From an uncultured Solirubrobacterales bacterium (GTDB lineage Bacteria; Actinomycetota; Thermoleophilia; Solirubrobacterales; 70-9), in NCBI GenBank assembly GCA_963764795.1, contig CAVXTV010000002.1:143392-207391 (forward strand): a stretch of 64,000 nucleotides of DNA. The letters run 5' to 3'. Positions 20,129-33,617 of the stretch are shown here, in pieces. Position numbers and translations under genes: made by a program. Below the pieces are notes generated by a model. That model did no database searches and had not been told where the DNA came from. It worked only from the letters and a program-made list of their open reading frames with translations. How positions within the stretch are numbered: the first letter of the stretch is position 1; each line of letters opens with the position of its first letter.

Positions 20129-21251
20129 TCAGCCGACGATCTGGGCGGGCACCTGTGACAACTTCTCGGCGAGAGCGTCGATTTCCTGCGCCAACTTGCG
20201 CGTGTCCGCCTTGGTCAGCTCGGTGTAGGAGACGAAGCCGTCGCCGCGCCGGTAGGGCTTCAGCGAGGCGTAGACGTCTTCGAAGCTCGACTTCGATTTC
20301 CTTCGCCAGCTTCGGGTCCTTCTTGCTGAGCAGCGGCTCGACCGCTTCGAAGGCGGCCTCGGCTCCTTCGACGTTGGCCTCGAAGTCGACCAGGTCGATG
20401 TGCGAGTAGCGCTCCTCCTCGCCGGTGATCTTCGAGGCCGAGACCTCGCCGAGCAGCTCGTTGGCGCCGTTGGCGATCTGCACCGCCTGCAGTTCGACGT
20501 GTCTTCACCTTCTGCTCGAGTTCTTCGACGTCGGCGAGCAGCTGTTCGGCGACCGGGGCCATGCCCTTGGCGGTGCCTTCTTCCCAGAGCGCCTTCTCGA
20601 TCCGGTGGAAGCCGCCGAATTGACTGGCGGGCACGTCGTTTTCACGCGCGTCGATGCGCGGGTCGAGGTCGCCGAAGGACTCAGCCACCGGCTCGATCCG
20701 CTCGTAGGGGATGCGGGCCGCGGCGTAGAGCAACTTGGCCTTCTCGACTTCGCCGGCTTCGACCGCGGCGACGAAGGCGGCGGTCGCGGCGACCAGCTCG
20801 GTCGTGTTCTGCTCGAGGTACTTGCGGTAGTCGGCGACCGCAGCTTCGGTTTCGGGATCGACCTGGCGCCTGCGCCCCGCCGGTCACGGTCAGGGTGCCG
20901 TCTTCTTCGGAGCCGCCGTTGCAGCGCAGCGTGTATTCGCCCTTCTCCAGGGTCAGCGAGAAGCTGCCGGAGAGGCCGTCGGAGAGGTTCTCCACCTCGC
21001 CGAGGATCGTTTCGCCGTCGAGCACCTCGAGCTCGGTGACGCTGGAGCTGCCGTCGTTTTCGACTTCGAAGGTGATCGGGCCCGGCCGGCGCCTTCGCGT
21101 TGTGCGGGTCGCAGCCGGCGTCGGTCAGCTTGAAGCTCATCTTCTTGGCGCCGGCGGGCCCGTCGTCGCTGGAGCCGCAGCCGGCGGCGAGCAGCGCGAC
21201 CAGGCCGACGGCCAGAGCGATCAGCGAGAGGCGGACGGGGAATCGATTCAT
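20129..21251 (-). CDS. efeO: EfeO-type iron uptake component (cupredoxin + imelysin/M75 domains), several frame changes
   Basis: Lipoprotein-like N-terminus LLAAGCGSS. Cupredoxin part ITFEVENDGSS...GEYTLRCNGG. Imelysin part ARIPYERIEPVAESFGDLDPRID...GFHRIEKALW. Pieces lie in ORFs 20505..21251, 20681..21025, 20260..20733 and 20106..20483. Confidence 0.75.
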
Positions 21252-21289
21252 CGGTGAGAGGCTCCTGTTTGAGATTGATACGAGAAGAA

Positions 21290-21305
21290 GTTAGGGCACC
21301 CTAAC
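21290..21305. promoter_or_regulatory. 16-bp palindrome GTTAGGGCACCCTAAC upstream of efeO (iron-box-like)
   Basis: Perfect inverted half-sites TTAGG/CCTAA, 39 nt upstream of the efeO start. A sibling palindrome lies at 23494. Confidence 0.4.
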
Positions 21306-21337
21306 AAAAACCGATACGAATTGTAGTCGGAATAGGC

Positions 21338-22583
<1,246 letters not shown>

Positions 22584-22602
22584 CGCCAGGCGGGGCGCGG
22601 TC

Positions 22603-23472
22603 TCAGGCCGGGCTCTGCGCCGGCGCGCCCTGGCGGCCCTCGACCCGGCTGCGCCGGCGCGGGCGAAAGCGGTCCGGCCAGAGCACGTAGAGCGCCATCG
22701 GCACCGCGTAGAGCACGTAGGCGAGCGACCTCGATCACCGTCGGGGTCGGCTGCAGGCCCAGCATCCCGGTCAGCAGCGAGCCGCGAGATCGTTCCCGGC
22801 TGCACCAGCCAGGTCAGGTCGAGCGCCTGGCCCTGAAGCCGTTGATCCAGCCCGCCTCGTGGGCCGGTGTGCAGCGGCCGTCGCCAGCAGCCCGGCGGCG
22901 ACGAAGACGAGGACCAGGCCGGTGACGCGGAAGAAGCGGGTGAGGTTGATCCGGACGCCGCCGCGGTAGAGGCCGAGGCCGATCGCGATCGCCGCGACCA
23001 GGCCGAGCACCGCGCCGGCGCCGGCGGCGGTGGTGTCGGTCGAGTCCTGAAAGGCGGCGAGCAGGAAGACCGAGGTCTCGAAGCCCTCGCGCAGGACGGC
23101 GAGGAAGGCCATCGCCGACCAGCGCCATGGTCGAGCCGGCGGCCAGCGCCGAGGCCGCCTCGCCTTCGAGGGTGGCCTTGATCTCGCGCGCGTGGCGGCG
23201 CATCCAGATGATCATGTAGGTGATCGTCGAGACCGCGATCAGGCCGATCACCGTCTCCAGCCCCTCCTGCTGCTGCTGCGGCAGTTGCTGTCCGAGCACG
23301 TCGAGGGCGACGGCGACGGCGGTGCAGAGGACGATCGCGATCGCCGACCCCGATCCACATCTGGCGCATCGCGTCGCTCGCGGCCCTCCTTGACCAGGAA
23401 GGCGGCGATGATGCCGACGATCAGCGCGGCCTCGACGCCCTCTCGCAGGGCGATGACCAGTGTGGGAATCAT
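22603..23472 (-). CDS. efeU: EfeU/FTR1-family iron permease, several frame changes
   Basis: Two REXXE motifs (ALREGVEAAL, VLREGFETSV). Pieces lie in ORFs 23248..23538, 22814..23299, 22771..23112 and further frames. Confidence 0.75.
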
Positions 23473-23493
23473 CTGTTGTGTCGAAAAGTCTGC

Positions 23494-23509
23494 ATTAGGC
23501 GACCCTAAT
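23494..23509. promoter_or_regulatory. 16-bp palindrome ATTAGGCGACCCTAAT upstream of efeU (iron-box-like)
   Basis: Inverted TTAGG/CCTAA half-sites, 22 nt upstream of the efeU ATG. Confidence 0.4.
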
Positions 23510-23545
23510 AAGGGCTGCCAAACTACCACGCCCCGCAACTCGGGG

Positions 23546-23592
23546 CCGATGGGCCTGAAAGCGGTCTATATCTTCGCTTTGAGTCCCGTCGG
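23546..23592 (+). repeat. 47-nt hairpin element, family A copy 1
   Basis: CCGATGGGCCTGAAAGCGGTCTATATCTTCGCTTTGAGTCCCGTCGG: 18-nt arms and an 11-nt AT-rich loop. Near-identical copies lie at 39889 and 50793. Confidence 0.8.
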
Positions 23593-23595
23593 CGG

Positions 23596-25003
23596 TCAGG
23601 GGAGCCAGGGGTCGGGCCACTGGGCGATGCCGCGGGTCAGCTTCTCCGCCTCGGGCGGTCCCCAGGTGCCGGGCTCGTAGCGGATGCACCGGCCCCGGTT
23701 CGTCGAGCAGGGGCTGCACGATCCGCCAGGTCTCCTCGACCGCGTCCTGGCGGGTGAAGAGCTGTGTGGTTGCCGTCGATCGCGTCGCCGAGCAGTCGCT
23801 CGTAGGGCTCGGGCTCCTCGCCGGGCACCTTTTCGAAGAGGACCTCCATGTCGGCCGGCTCGAAGGCCTCCTCGCCCGCCTTCTTGGCGAAGAGGCGCAT
23901 GCGGGCGCCGGGCGTCGGGCTCGATCCGCACCGTCATCTGGTTCGGTTCCGGCCGCTTGCCGGCGCCGACGCCGAGCGGCGGCGGCCGCTTGAAGACGAC
24001 GGTCACCTCGCTCGACTTCGCCGGCATGCACTTGCCGGCGCGGATGAAGAAGGGCACGCCGCTCCAGCGCCAGTTGTCGACCGCCAGCTCGACCGCGGCG
24101 AAGGTCTCGGTGGTGGAATCGGGCGCGACGTCCTTGACGTCGAGGAAGCCTTTGTACTGGCCGCGCACGTAGCGCTTCGGGTCGGCGGTCCGCGTCGCCT
24201 TGAAGAATTCGAGCTTCTTGTCGCGGATCGAGTCGTGGTGGTTGCCGGTCGGCGGCCCCATGCCGACCAGGGCCAGCACCTGCAGGGCGTGGTTCTGGAT
24301 CACGTCGCGCATCGCCCCGACCGCGTCGTAGAAGCGGCCGCGATCGTCGACGCCGAAGTTCTCGGCGATCGTCATCTGCACGTGGGAGACGTGCTGGCGG
24401 TTCCAGATCGGCTCCAGGATCGCGTTGGCGAAGCGCAGGTAGGTGATGTCCATCACCGGCTCCTTGCCGAGGTAATGGTCGATGCGCAGGATCTGGTTCT
24501 CGTCGAGTACCTCGCAGAGCTCGGCGTTGAGCGCCCGGGCCGACTCGAGGTCGTGGCCGAAGGGCTTCTCGATCACGACGTGGGCGTTCTCGGTGAGCCC
24601 GGCGTCGCCGAGGCCGTGGACGACGGTGGCGAAGAGCGAGGGGGGGATCTCGAGGTAGAAGACGGGGCTCTTGGCGTCGCCGAGCGCCGCCGCGACCCGC
24701 TTGAAGGTGGCGGCGTCGGCGTAGTCGCCCTGCACGTAGGAGAGGCGCGCTGCGAGGCGGGCGAAGACGTCACTCGTCGGGGCTGTCGACGGTGGCGGCG
24801 ATCGATTCGCGAGCGTGCTCGCGAAGCTTCTCGTCGTCCCACTCGTCGATCGCGACGCCGACGATCGGGCAGTCGAGCTTGCCGCGGGCCTCGAGCCGGT
24901 AGAGCGCCCGGAAGGTCATCTTCTTCGCCAGGTCGCCGCTGATCCCGAAGATCGTCAGCACGTCGGCGTCGGCATCGGCGTGTTTGGCGTCGGTCCTGGC
25001 CAT
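23596..25003 (-). CDS. zwf: glucose-6-phosphate dehydrogenase, several frame changes
   Basis: N-terminus LTIFGISGDLAKKMTFRALY in ORF 24770..25003. RIDHYLGKE and EKPFGHDL in ORF 23596..24735. The tail is spread over ORFs 23637..23900 and 23495..24031. Confidence 0.85.
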
Positions 25004-25076
25004 TCGTCCGCCAGGCTACCCGTTGGTCGCCTGGTCGCCACACACAGGGTCGCCCGCTCAGCGTAGGGTTACGCCC

Positions 25077-26094
25077 ATGGAGCTGGGAATGGTCGGACTC
25101 GGCCGCATGGGCGCCAACATGGCGCGGCGGCTGATGCGCGACGGTCATCGTCTCGTCGTCTTCGACGTCAACCCCGACGCGGTCTCCGAGCTGGCCGGTG
25201 AGGGCGCCGAGGGCGCCTCTTCGCTCGAGGACCTGGCCTCGAAGCTGAGCGCGCCGCGCTCGGTCTGGGTGATGGTGCCGGCGGGGGAGATCACCGAGAA
25301 GACGGTCGACGACGTCGCCGCCGTGCTCGACTCCGGCGACGCGATCGTCGACGGCGGCAACTCCTACTACCGCGACGACATCCGCCGCGCCGCCAAGGTC
25401 GGCGAGCAAGGGCTCGATTACGTCGACTGCGGCACCAGCGGCGGCGTCTTCGGCCTCGATCGCGGCTACTGCCTGATGATCGGTGGCCCCGATGAGGCGG
25501 TGCAGCGGCTCGACTCCGTTTTCGCCTCGTTGGCCCCAGGCGTCGAGCTCGGCCGAGCGGACGCCGGGGCGCAGCGGCGATCCCGGGCCGGCCGAGAACG
25601 GCTACCTGCACTGCGGTCCCAACGGTGCCGGGCACTTCGTGAAGATGGTCCACAACGGGATCGAGTACGGCGTCATGGCCGCCTACGCCGAGGGCCTCAA
25701 CATCCTCAAGAACGCCAACGCCGGCAAGGTCCAGCGCGAGGCCGACGCCGAGACGGCGCCGCTCGAGCAGCCCGAGTACTACCAGTACGACCTCGACCTG
25801 CCGGAGGTGACCGAGGTCTGGCGCCGCGGCAGCGTGATCGGCTCCTGGCTGCTCGACCTGACCGCCGCCTCGATGCAGGAGTCGGCCGACCTCTCCGAGT
25901 TCGAGGGCCGCGTCTCCGATTCAGGCGAGGGTCGCTGGACCTCGATCGCCGCGATCGACGAGGGCGTGCCGGCGCCGGTCCTGACCACCGCTCTCTACGA
26001 GCGCTTTGCCTCGCGTGGCCTCGACGATTTCGCCGACAAGGTTCTCTCGGCAATGCGCAAGCAGTTCGGTGGCCACGACGAGAAGTCTTCCTAG
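25077..26094 (+). CDS. gnd: 6-phosphogluconate dehydrogenase, short decarboxylating type, frame change near 25550
   Basis: [19 protein letters not shown]...DGGNSYY in the ORF 24984 frame. [24 protein letters not shown] in ORF 25483..26094. Confidence 0.85.
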
Positions 26095-26773
26095 GCGGGG
26101 CAAGTGGCGAATCGAGCTCGAGGTCTGCGCCGATGAAAAGGCGGCAGCGCGCCGTGCCGCCGAGGTGATCGCGGCGATTGGTGCCGTCGCGGTTGCCGAG
26201 CGCAACGTCTTCTCGCTGGCGATGAGCGGTGGCCGCAGCCCTTGGGCGATGCTGGCGATCCTCGGCGAAGAAGAGGAGATGCCGTGGGACAAGGCCGAGC
26301 TGTTCCAGGTCGACGAGCGGATCGCCTCGCCGGGCAGCGAGGACCGCAACCTCACCCACATGGTGCTCGGCCTCTCGATGGACCACCAGGCGACGCTGCG
26401 ACCGATGCCGGTGACCCAGCGCGACCTCGAGGGCGCCGCCCACGACTACGAAAACACGCTTCCTGACCCGCTCGACTGCGTCCATCTCGGGCTCGGCCCC
26501 GACGGCCACACCGCCTCGTTGGTTCCCGGCGACCCGGTGCTCGAGGTCAGCGACCGCCGCGTCGCCCTGACCGAGACCGCTTACCAGGGACACCACCGCA
26601 TGACTCTCACCTATCCGGCCCTCAACTCGGCCCGACAGATCGTCTGGCTCATTACCGGCCCCGACAAGGTCGACGCCCTGGCGAAGCTGATGGCTGGCGA
26701 CAGCTCGATTCCGGCTGGCCGGGTCGTGAACGCTCATATGACCGTGGTTGCCGACGCGGCCGCCGCGCCATAG
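26069..26773 (+). CDS. pgl: 6-phosphogluconolactonase
   Basis: [13 protein letters not shown]...FQVDERIA...[15 protein letters not shown]. The start is uncertain; the in-frame GTG at 26069 overlaps gnd by 26 nt. Confidence 0.75.
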   Translation: MATTRSLPRRGKWRIELEVCADEKAAARRAAEVIAAIGAVAVAERNVFSLAMSGGRSPWAMLAILGEEEEMPWDKAELFQVDERIASPGSEDRNLTHMVLGLSMDHQATLRPMPVTQRDLEGAAHDYENTLPDPLDCVHLGLGPDGHTASLVPGDPVLEVSDRRVALTETAYQGHHRMTLTYPALNSARQIVWLITGPDKVDALAKLMAGDSSIPAGRVVNAHMTVVADAAAAP

Positions 26774-26790
26774 GCGACGAAAACGGCGTT

Positions 26791-26810
26791 TGTTAGCGAA
26801 TTCGCTAACA
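26791..26810. promoter_or_regulatory. perfect 20-bp palindrome TGTTAGCGAATTCGCTAACA, putative operator
   Basis: Exact dyad symmetry, ending 9 nt before GTG 26820 of the XRE-family gene. Confidence 0.6.
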
Positions 26811-26819
26811 TTGTCTCTC

Positions 26820-27155
26820 GTGAGTCCCAGCGCCAGGACACTTGGACAGATCCTTGAGGAGAGCGGTCTCAGCCAGGCTGAGCTGGCCCGTCGCGCCGGC
26901 CTTTCCCGCTCCGTTGTCAACGCCTACCTGAAGGGCAGTCGGGAGCCCGGGGCAGACGTCCTGGCCCGGCTGGCAGCTGCGGGAGGCCTGGAGCTGAAAC
27001 TGGCGCGCCGCCGACCGCCGGTGGACCCAGACCGGGCGAGCAAGATCCTCGTTCAGGTTCTCGAGCTCGCCGAGGCGCTTCCCTTTCGCCCCCGGCCACA
27101 GCTCGATTACCCGTCGCTCCCCGATCGCCTCTCCCTCGATGGAGCAAAGCCTTGA
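26820..27155 (+). CDS. XRE-family HTH protein (antitoxin-like)
   Basis: LGQILEESGLSQAELARRAGLSRSVVNAYLKGSREP is a classic Cro/C1-type HTH. Its stop overlaps the downstream TTG start (TTGA). Confidence 0.65.
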   Translation: MSPSARTLGQILEESGLSQAELARRAGLSRSVVNAYLKGSREPGADVLARLAAAGGLELKLARRRPPVDPDRASKILVQVLELAEALPFRPRPQLDYPSLPDRLSLDGAKP

Positions 27156-27721
27156 GCGAGCTCGTCGAGAAGCTCTTCGCGATTCACGACTCGCTTGCCG
27201 GGGCGAGCATTCCGCACGCTTTCGGTGGCGCGATCGCGCTTGCCTACTGTGTCGAGGAGCCGCGAGGGACCCGCGATCTCGACGTCAACATCTTCGTCGA
27301 CTCGAGCAGGGCCGAGCGCACGCTCGCGGCGCTGCCCGAGGGAGTGCGGGTCCGCAGGGAGGACATCGCGAAGGTCGAGCGCGATGGGCAGGCACGGCTG
27401 GATTGGGACGACACGCCCGTCGACGTCTTTCTCAACAACGTGCCGCTGCACGACGCCGTCGCGGGCGCGGTCGTCTGGGTCCCCCTCGCAGGCAGGGAGG
27501 TGCCAGTCCTCGATTGCGCCTCACTGGCGATCTTCAAGGCCTTCTTCGATCGCACCAAGGACTGGGCCGATATGGAGGCGATCGCTCGGGCCGCACCCGA
27601 GGACATCGATGCGGCCGCGGCGACGATCGCCGAGCTCGTCGGCCCTGACGACCCGGCAGTGAAACGGCTGGAGAGTCTGATCCCACTCGATCTGGGATCA
27701 GGCCGCGGTTTGCGTAGCTAA
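27152..27721 (+). CDS. minimal nucleotidyltransferase-fold protein (AbiEii/MNT-like)
   Basis: 189 aa: HAFGGAIALAYCVEEPRGTRDLDVNIF matches the GG...R.T.DLD nucleotidyltransferase signature of AbiEii-type toxins. Confidence 0.6.
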   Translation: MSELVEKLFAIHDSLAGASIPHAFGGAIALAYCVEEPRGTRDLDVNIFVDSSRAERTLAALPEGVRVRREDIAKVERDGQARLDWDDTPVDVFLNNVPLHDAVAGAVVWVPLAGREVPVLDCASLAIFKAFFDRTKDWADMEAIARAAPEDIDAAAATIAELVGPDDPAVKRLESLIPLDLGSGRGLRS

Positions 27722-29085
27722 GCCGTTTCCAGCGATACCGAGTGGTTGGCGACGATCATGCCGTCGGGGTCCCACCGGCGCTTGACCTCGGCGAGGCGGG
27801 CGCAGACGTCGGCGGGCAGGATCGCGTCGGCATCGCAGGGGCGCTCGGTGAAGTTGAAGTAGGAGCCCTCGCCCGCCCAGGGCTGCATCGTCTGCTCGAT
27901 CTTCTGCAGGTGTTGCGGGGATCGCCTCGCCCAGCTCTGGCGTCATCGGCATGCCGACGCTGTACATGACGAAGTCGGTCTCGAGGTGGGTGAGGGCGCC
28001 GCCGTTCGGGTCTGGCCGGCCGAGCGCGCCGCCGAGCTGGCGCAGCTCGCTGAGCAGCATCGGGGAGCCCGAGCCCGGGCCGGCGACGCTGGCGAAGGCG
28101 TCGATCGCCTCGTCGGGGAGCTCGCGGATCGTCAATCCCTCGCCGATTCCCGGCACCGGGTTCTCCGGGTCCATGTGGATGCGGCAGAGGCCCTCGACCG
28201 GCATCTGGGCCCAGGTGTCCATGATCGTCTCGCCGAGCTCGCGCAGCGGCGCGACGATCTCTTCGCCCGCCGCCTGGCTGCCGATGCAGGCGCCGTCGAT
28301 CGTCAGCAGCGGCCGGCCGCGGATCGGCTCTGGCACGTCGGGGATCGGCGGTGGGGTGACGAAGCGGACCACCGAGGTGACGTCGTCGGAGACGCCCGCG
28401 GCCCAGTCGCGGTAGGCGCGCACCGCCTCGGCGCCGAGCTCGGCCGGGAAGACGAGGGCGCCGGCGTAGATCTCGGCGATCGGGATCAGGCGCAGCTGCA
28501 GTGCGGTGACGATCGCGTAGCCGCCGCCACCCCCGCGCAGCGCCCAGAAGAGGTCCGGCTCGTTTTCGGCGTTGACCGTGCGCGACTCGCCGTCGGCGGT
28601 GACCAGCTCGATCGCCTGGACGCGGTTGCAGGCGAAGCCGTACTGGCGGCCGAGCCAGCTGAGGCCGCCGCCGAGCGTGTAGCCGGTGACGCCGACGTCG
28701 GGCGAGGAGCCCGGCATCGAGCAGAGGCCGTGCTCCTGGGCGGCGCTCGCTCAGCTCGGCGACGAGGACGCCGGCCTCGACCCGCGCGGTCTGCGCATCT
28801 GGATCGACCTCGATCCCGCGCATGCGCTCGGTCTTGAGCAGGATCGTTCCCTCGAGCGAGCTCGCCAGGCCGAAGGCCCCGTGCCCGGTCCCCTGGCCAG
28901 CCACCTTGAGATCGTTCTCGGCCGCAAAGCGAACCGTCTTGGCGACGTCGTCGGCGCTCTCGGCGAAGGCGACCGCCTCGGGTCGCTGGTCGGCGGCCAG
29001 GTTCCAGGCTTGGCGCGCCTCGTCCCAGTCGGGGTCGCTCGGGGTGGCGACGCGGCCGGCGATCGCCAGCCCGGTGAAGTCACTC
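27718..29085 (-). CDS. FAD-binding (PCMH/BBE-type) oxidoreductase, frame changes
   Basis: VAGQGTGHG and GYTLGGGLSWLGRQYG, then ALRGGGGGYAIVT. The tail ...SYFNFTERP...VKRRWDPDGMIVANH is BBE-like. Pieces lie in ORFs 27756..29363, 27698..28717 and a third frame ending at 27718. Confidence 0.75.
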
Positions 29086-29106
29086 ATCTGGTCTCCTCGG
29101 ATTAGC

Positions 29107-29763
29107 TCAGGGACAAGCGTCTTGACGGTGCCCTCGGCCCCCACCAGCACCGCGCTCACCATATCCGGCGGAAAGAGGCCGTGGGCGGCGACGCCGGGGT
29201 CGGCCTCGAGCCGGGCGGCAAGCTCCGCCGGATCGCCGATCTCGCCGCTGTAGTCGGCGATCAGGCCGTCGTCGGGACTGGGCGGGACGTCGCGCAGCTC
29301 GACCTCGGAACCGAGGCGGGCCAGGGTCGAGGCGATGCCGAAGGCGAAGAGCTCGAGCGGCACCGGTGCGCTCAGCGCCTCGACCGGCTTGCTCGAGTCG
29401 GCGATGACGACGAAGCGCTCGGCCGCTGCGGCGACGATCTTCTCGCGCAGGTGGGCGCCACCGCCGCCCTTGATCAGCCAGCCGTCGGGGGTCGACCTGG
29501 TCGGTGCCGTCGATCGCGATGTCGAGCCGCTGCAGCTGGCTGAACTCCTCGACCGGGATGCCCAGCTCGCGCGCCTGTTCCTCGGTGGCGACCGAGGTGG
29601 CGACGCAGCGGATGTCGCTGATCCCGCGGGCCGCGATCGCCGGCAGCAGGTGGGCGACCGTCGATCCGGTGCCCAGCCCCACGGTCATCCCGTCCTCGAC
29701 CAGCTCCGCCGCCGCTTCGGCGGCGATGCGCTTCTCGGCGTCGACGCGATCACGGCGCCGCAC
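29107..29763 (-). CDS. rpiA: ribose-5-phosphate isomerase A, frame changes
   Basis: DGMTVGLGTGSTV and IAIDGTDQVD in ORF 29107..29820. The C-terminal half PLELFAFG...VLVGAEGTVKTL lies in the ORF 27756..29363 frame. Start taken as GTG 29763. The stop is ambiguous. Confidence 0.7.
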   Translation of the reverse strand: MRRRDRVDAEKRIAAEAAAELVEDGMTVGLGTGSTVAHLLPAIAARGISDIRCVATSVATEEQARELGIPVEEFSQLQRLDIAIDGTDQVDPRRLADQGRRWRPPAREDRRRSGRALRRHRRLEQAGRGAERTGAARALRLRHRLDPGPPRFRGRAARRPAQSRRRPDRRLQRRDRRSGGACRPARGRPRRRRPRPLSAGYGERGAGGGRGHRQDACP

Positions 29764-29775
29764 TCTACCCAGGTC

Positions 29776-29822
29776 AGGTGCAACGTTTTTCGGTTCCCAC
29801 AGGGCCACAACGCGTTGCACCT
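29776..29822 (+). repeat. 47-nt hairpin element, family B copy b
   Basis: AGGTGCAACG-N27-CGTTGCACCT in the divergent rpiA / FHA-gene intergenic region. Confidence 0.55.
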
Positions 29823-29831
29823 GATCGATCT

Positions 29832-30432
29832 ATGCTCGCCGACGAGATGGACGCGCGAATCTGGTTGACCGGCGAGGGTGGCGAGCCGCGTTCGGTGGCG
29901 CTCTCCGGCGAGCGCACGGTCGTCGGGCGCAACCCCGAGGCCGAGATCAAGATCGACGACGAGGCGGTCTCCTGGAACCACCTCGAGATCGAGCGCCGCG
30001 GCGACGTGCTGATGGCAACCGACCTCGACAGCCGCAACGGCACCGCGCTCAACGGCGAGCCGCTCGACCGTCCGCGCCGCCTGCGCGACGGCGACACCCT
30101 GATCGTCGGCGGCCACCGACTCGAAGTCTCCGACCCGGTCCCGGCCGCGCCGGCGGCACGATCGCTGCCACCGGCGGCCAGCGTCGCCGCTCAACGAAGA
30201 GGAGCGAGCGACCGCGACCGCCCTGGTTGCGCCCTACCGCAGCGAGGGCGCATTCGCCGGCCGTCCCGCCACCCGCGCCGAGATCGCGGAAGCTCTCCAC
30301 ATCAGCGAGCGCACCGCCCAACGCCGCCTCGACGCACTAGCCAACAAGCTCTCCGTCCCCGGGGAAGCTGGACGCGATCGGCCGCGCCTGATCGCCGCCC
30401 GCGTGATCGAACTGGGCCTCGACCGCGCCTGA
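29832..30432 (+). CDS. FHA-domain protein with C-terminal HTH, frame change near 30185
   Basis: FHA: RTVVGRNPEAEIKIDDEAVSWNHLEI...DLDSRNGTALNG in ORF 29778..30503. After the shift, RAEIAEALHISERTAQRRLDALANKL (HTH) ends at TGA 30432. Confidence 0.65.
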
Positions 30433-30551
30433 GCCGTGGCCCGGACCACGCCAAACGTGGCCCGGTTCGTGACTCGAGTGTCGTTTTCACGCACGCCCCA
30501 TGAGCGGAGCATCGGTTGTGCAATTCGCAACCGACCCGAAAGGGGAGTCCA

Positions 30552-31632
30552 ATGCTCAACCGTTCGATCAAGTTCACACTCACCGTCCTCGCCCTGGCCC
30601 TGCTGCCGGTAGCGAGCGCCGCCGCCGCCGGTCACTCCGGGGCCGTCGTCTTCTCGCAGGCGATCACCAACGTCGAAGAAACGAAAAGCGGCAAAGTCGA
30701 AAAAACCGAGGGCGGCCTCTTTGCCGCCAAGGAAGGCCACCTCAACCAGCTCACCGAAGACCCGACCGACAGCGAACCGGATTTCTCCGCCGACGGGCGC
30801 AAGATCGCCTTCGTCCGCGCTGGCGACGTCTGGTCGATGCGGGCCGACGGCACCGGCCAGCACAAATTGACCGTCCGGCACGGAGATCGACAGCCGGCCG
30901 CAGTTCGATCCCAAAGGCCAGTACGTCGTCTTCACCCGCGCGGCGACCGAAGGCGGTTCACGCGACCTCTACCGGGTCAATCTCGGGGGCAGCGCCCGCC
31001 CGCTCGTCACCAGCGCCGGCGACGAGCACGAAGCGTCGTTCTCGCCCGACGGCAAGACGATCGTCTTCGTCCGCAGCGTTGCCGAGGCCGGGGGCGGCTC
31101 CGCCGACGACATCTACTCGGTGCGCCCGTCCGGTGCCGGCCTGGCGCGCCTCAGCAAGACCGGCCACATCGACGAGTTCTCGCCGCGCTACTTCAAGGGC
31201 GGCATCGTCTTCAGCCGCGGCCAGAGCGGCGAAGGGCCGGGCGCCTACGCCGACATCTTCACGATGCGCAGCAACGGGACCAAAGTGAAGGTGCTGGTCG
31301 CCGGCGCCGGGTCCTCCTTCGTCGAAGACGTCGCCCCGGCGGCGGGGATGGTGCTCTTCCGCCGCGACCAGGGCCTCTGGGTGAAGAAAATCGGCCCCAG
31401 CGCCGCCCACAAGCTGAGTGAGGTCGCTGACAATTCCTCGACCGACTCAGTCTTCTCCTCCGACGGTCGCAAGGTGGCCGCCTTCACTGCCACCGACGAA
31501 GCCGAGACCCTCTCGGCAATCGACGTCGCCAGCCGCCGCAGCTCGCAGCTCGCCGAAGGCTTCGCGCTGGAAAGCGGCTCCACCGCGACGACGATCGGGT
31601 CGGTAATCACCTGGCAGCCGGTGCGGCGCTGA
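30552..31632 (+). CDS. secreted TolB-like PD40/WD40 beta-propeller protein, frame change near 30880
   Basis: RBS AAAGGGGAG, signal peptide, and repeated SPDG/ADGRKIAFVR blocks (FSADGRKIAFV, FDPKGQYVVFT, FSPDGKTIVFV, FSSDGRKVAAF). Confidence 0.65.
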
Positions 31633-31685
31633 GCCCATCCGGTTCTCTCGGGGGGCTCCGCACGGACTCCCCCCGGCTCCAGCGC

Positions 31686-31726
31686 GAAGGGCCCGCTCCC
31701 ACCGGAGCGGGCCCTTCGTCGTTTGG
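31686..31726 (+). terminator. probable intrinsic terminator
   Basis: Perfect 14-bp stem GAAGGGCCCGCTCC/GGAGCGGGCCCTTC with a 4-nt loop and a weak tail GTCGTTTGG. Confidence 0.5.
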
Positions 31727-31744
31727 CGGCGATATAACCGGCGC

Positions 31745-33538
<1,794 letters not shown>

Positions 33539-33617
33539 AAACGCTCCACCGGGACTCGGGCCGACCCGCTGCAGGCCAGCGCGCTGTTGACGCATCGTTC
33601 CGCCGGTGGGGATGGAA

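Noticed and set aside
23549-23600. Mini-ORF MGLKA(V/I)YIFALSPV... starting at the ATG inside family A copies 1 and 2
   Set aside because: Copy 3 has ACG instead of ATG. The downstream sequence diverges immediately after the element. The peptide is simply the translation of the hairpin.
27756-29363. Single 535-aa ORF apparently fusing the rpiA C-terminus to the FAD oxidase N-terminus
   Set aside because: The read-through (..TLVPELIRGDQMSDFTG..) joins two unrelated complete domains. An ATG with the oxidase N-terminus follows directly. Stops exist in both other frames at 29102-29109, so an indel near the rpiA stop is more likely than a real fusion.
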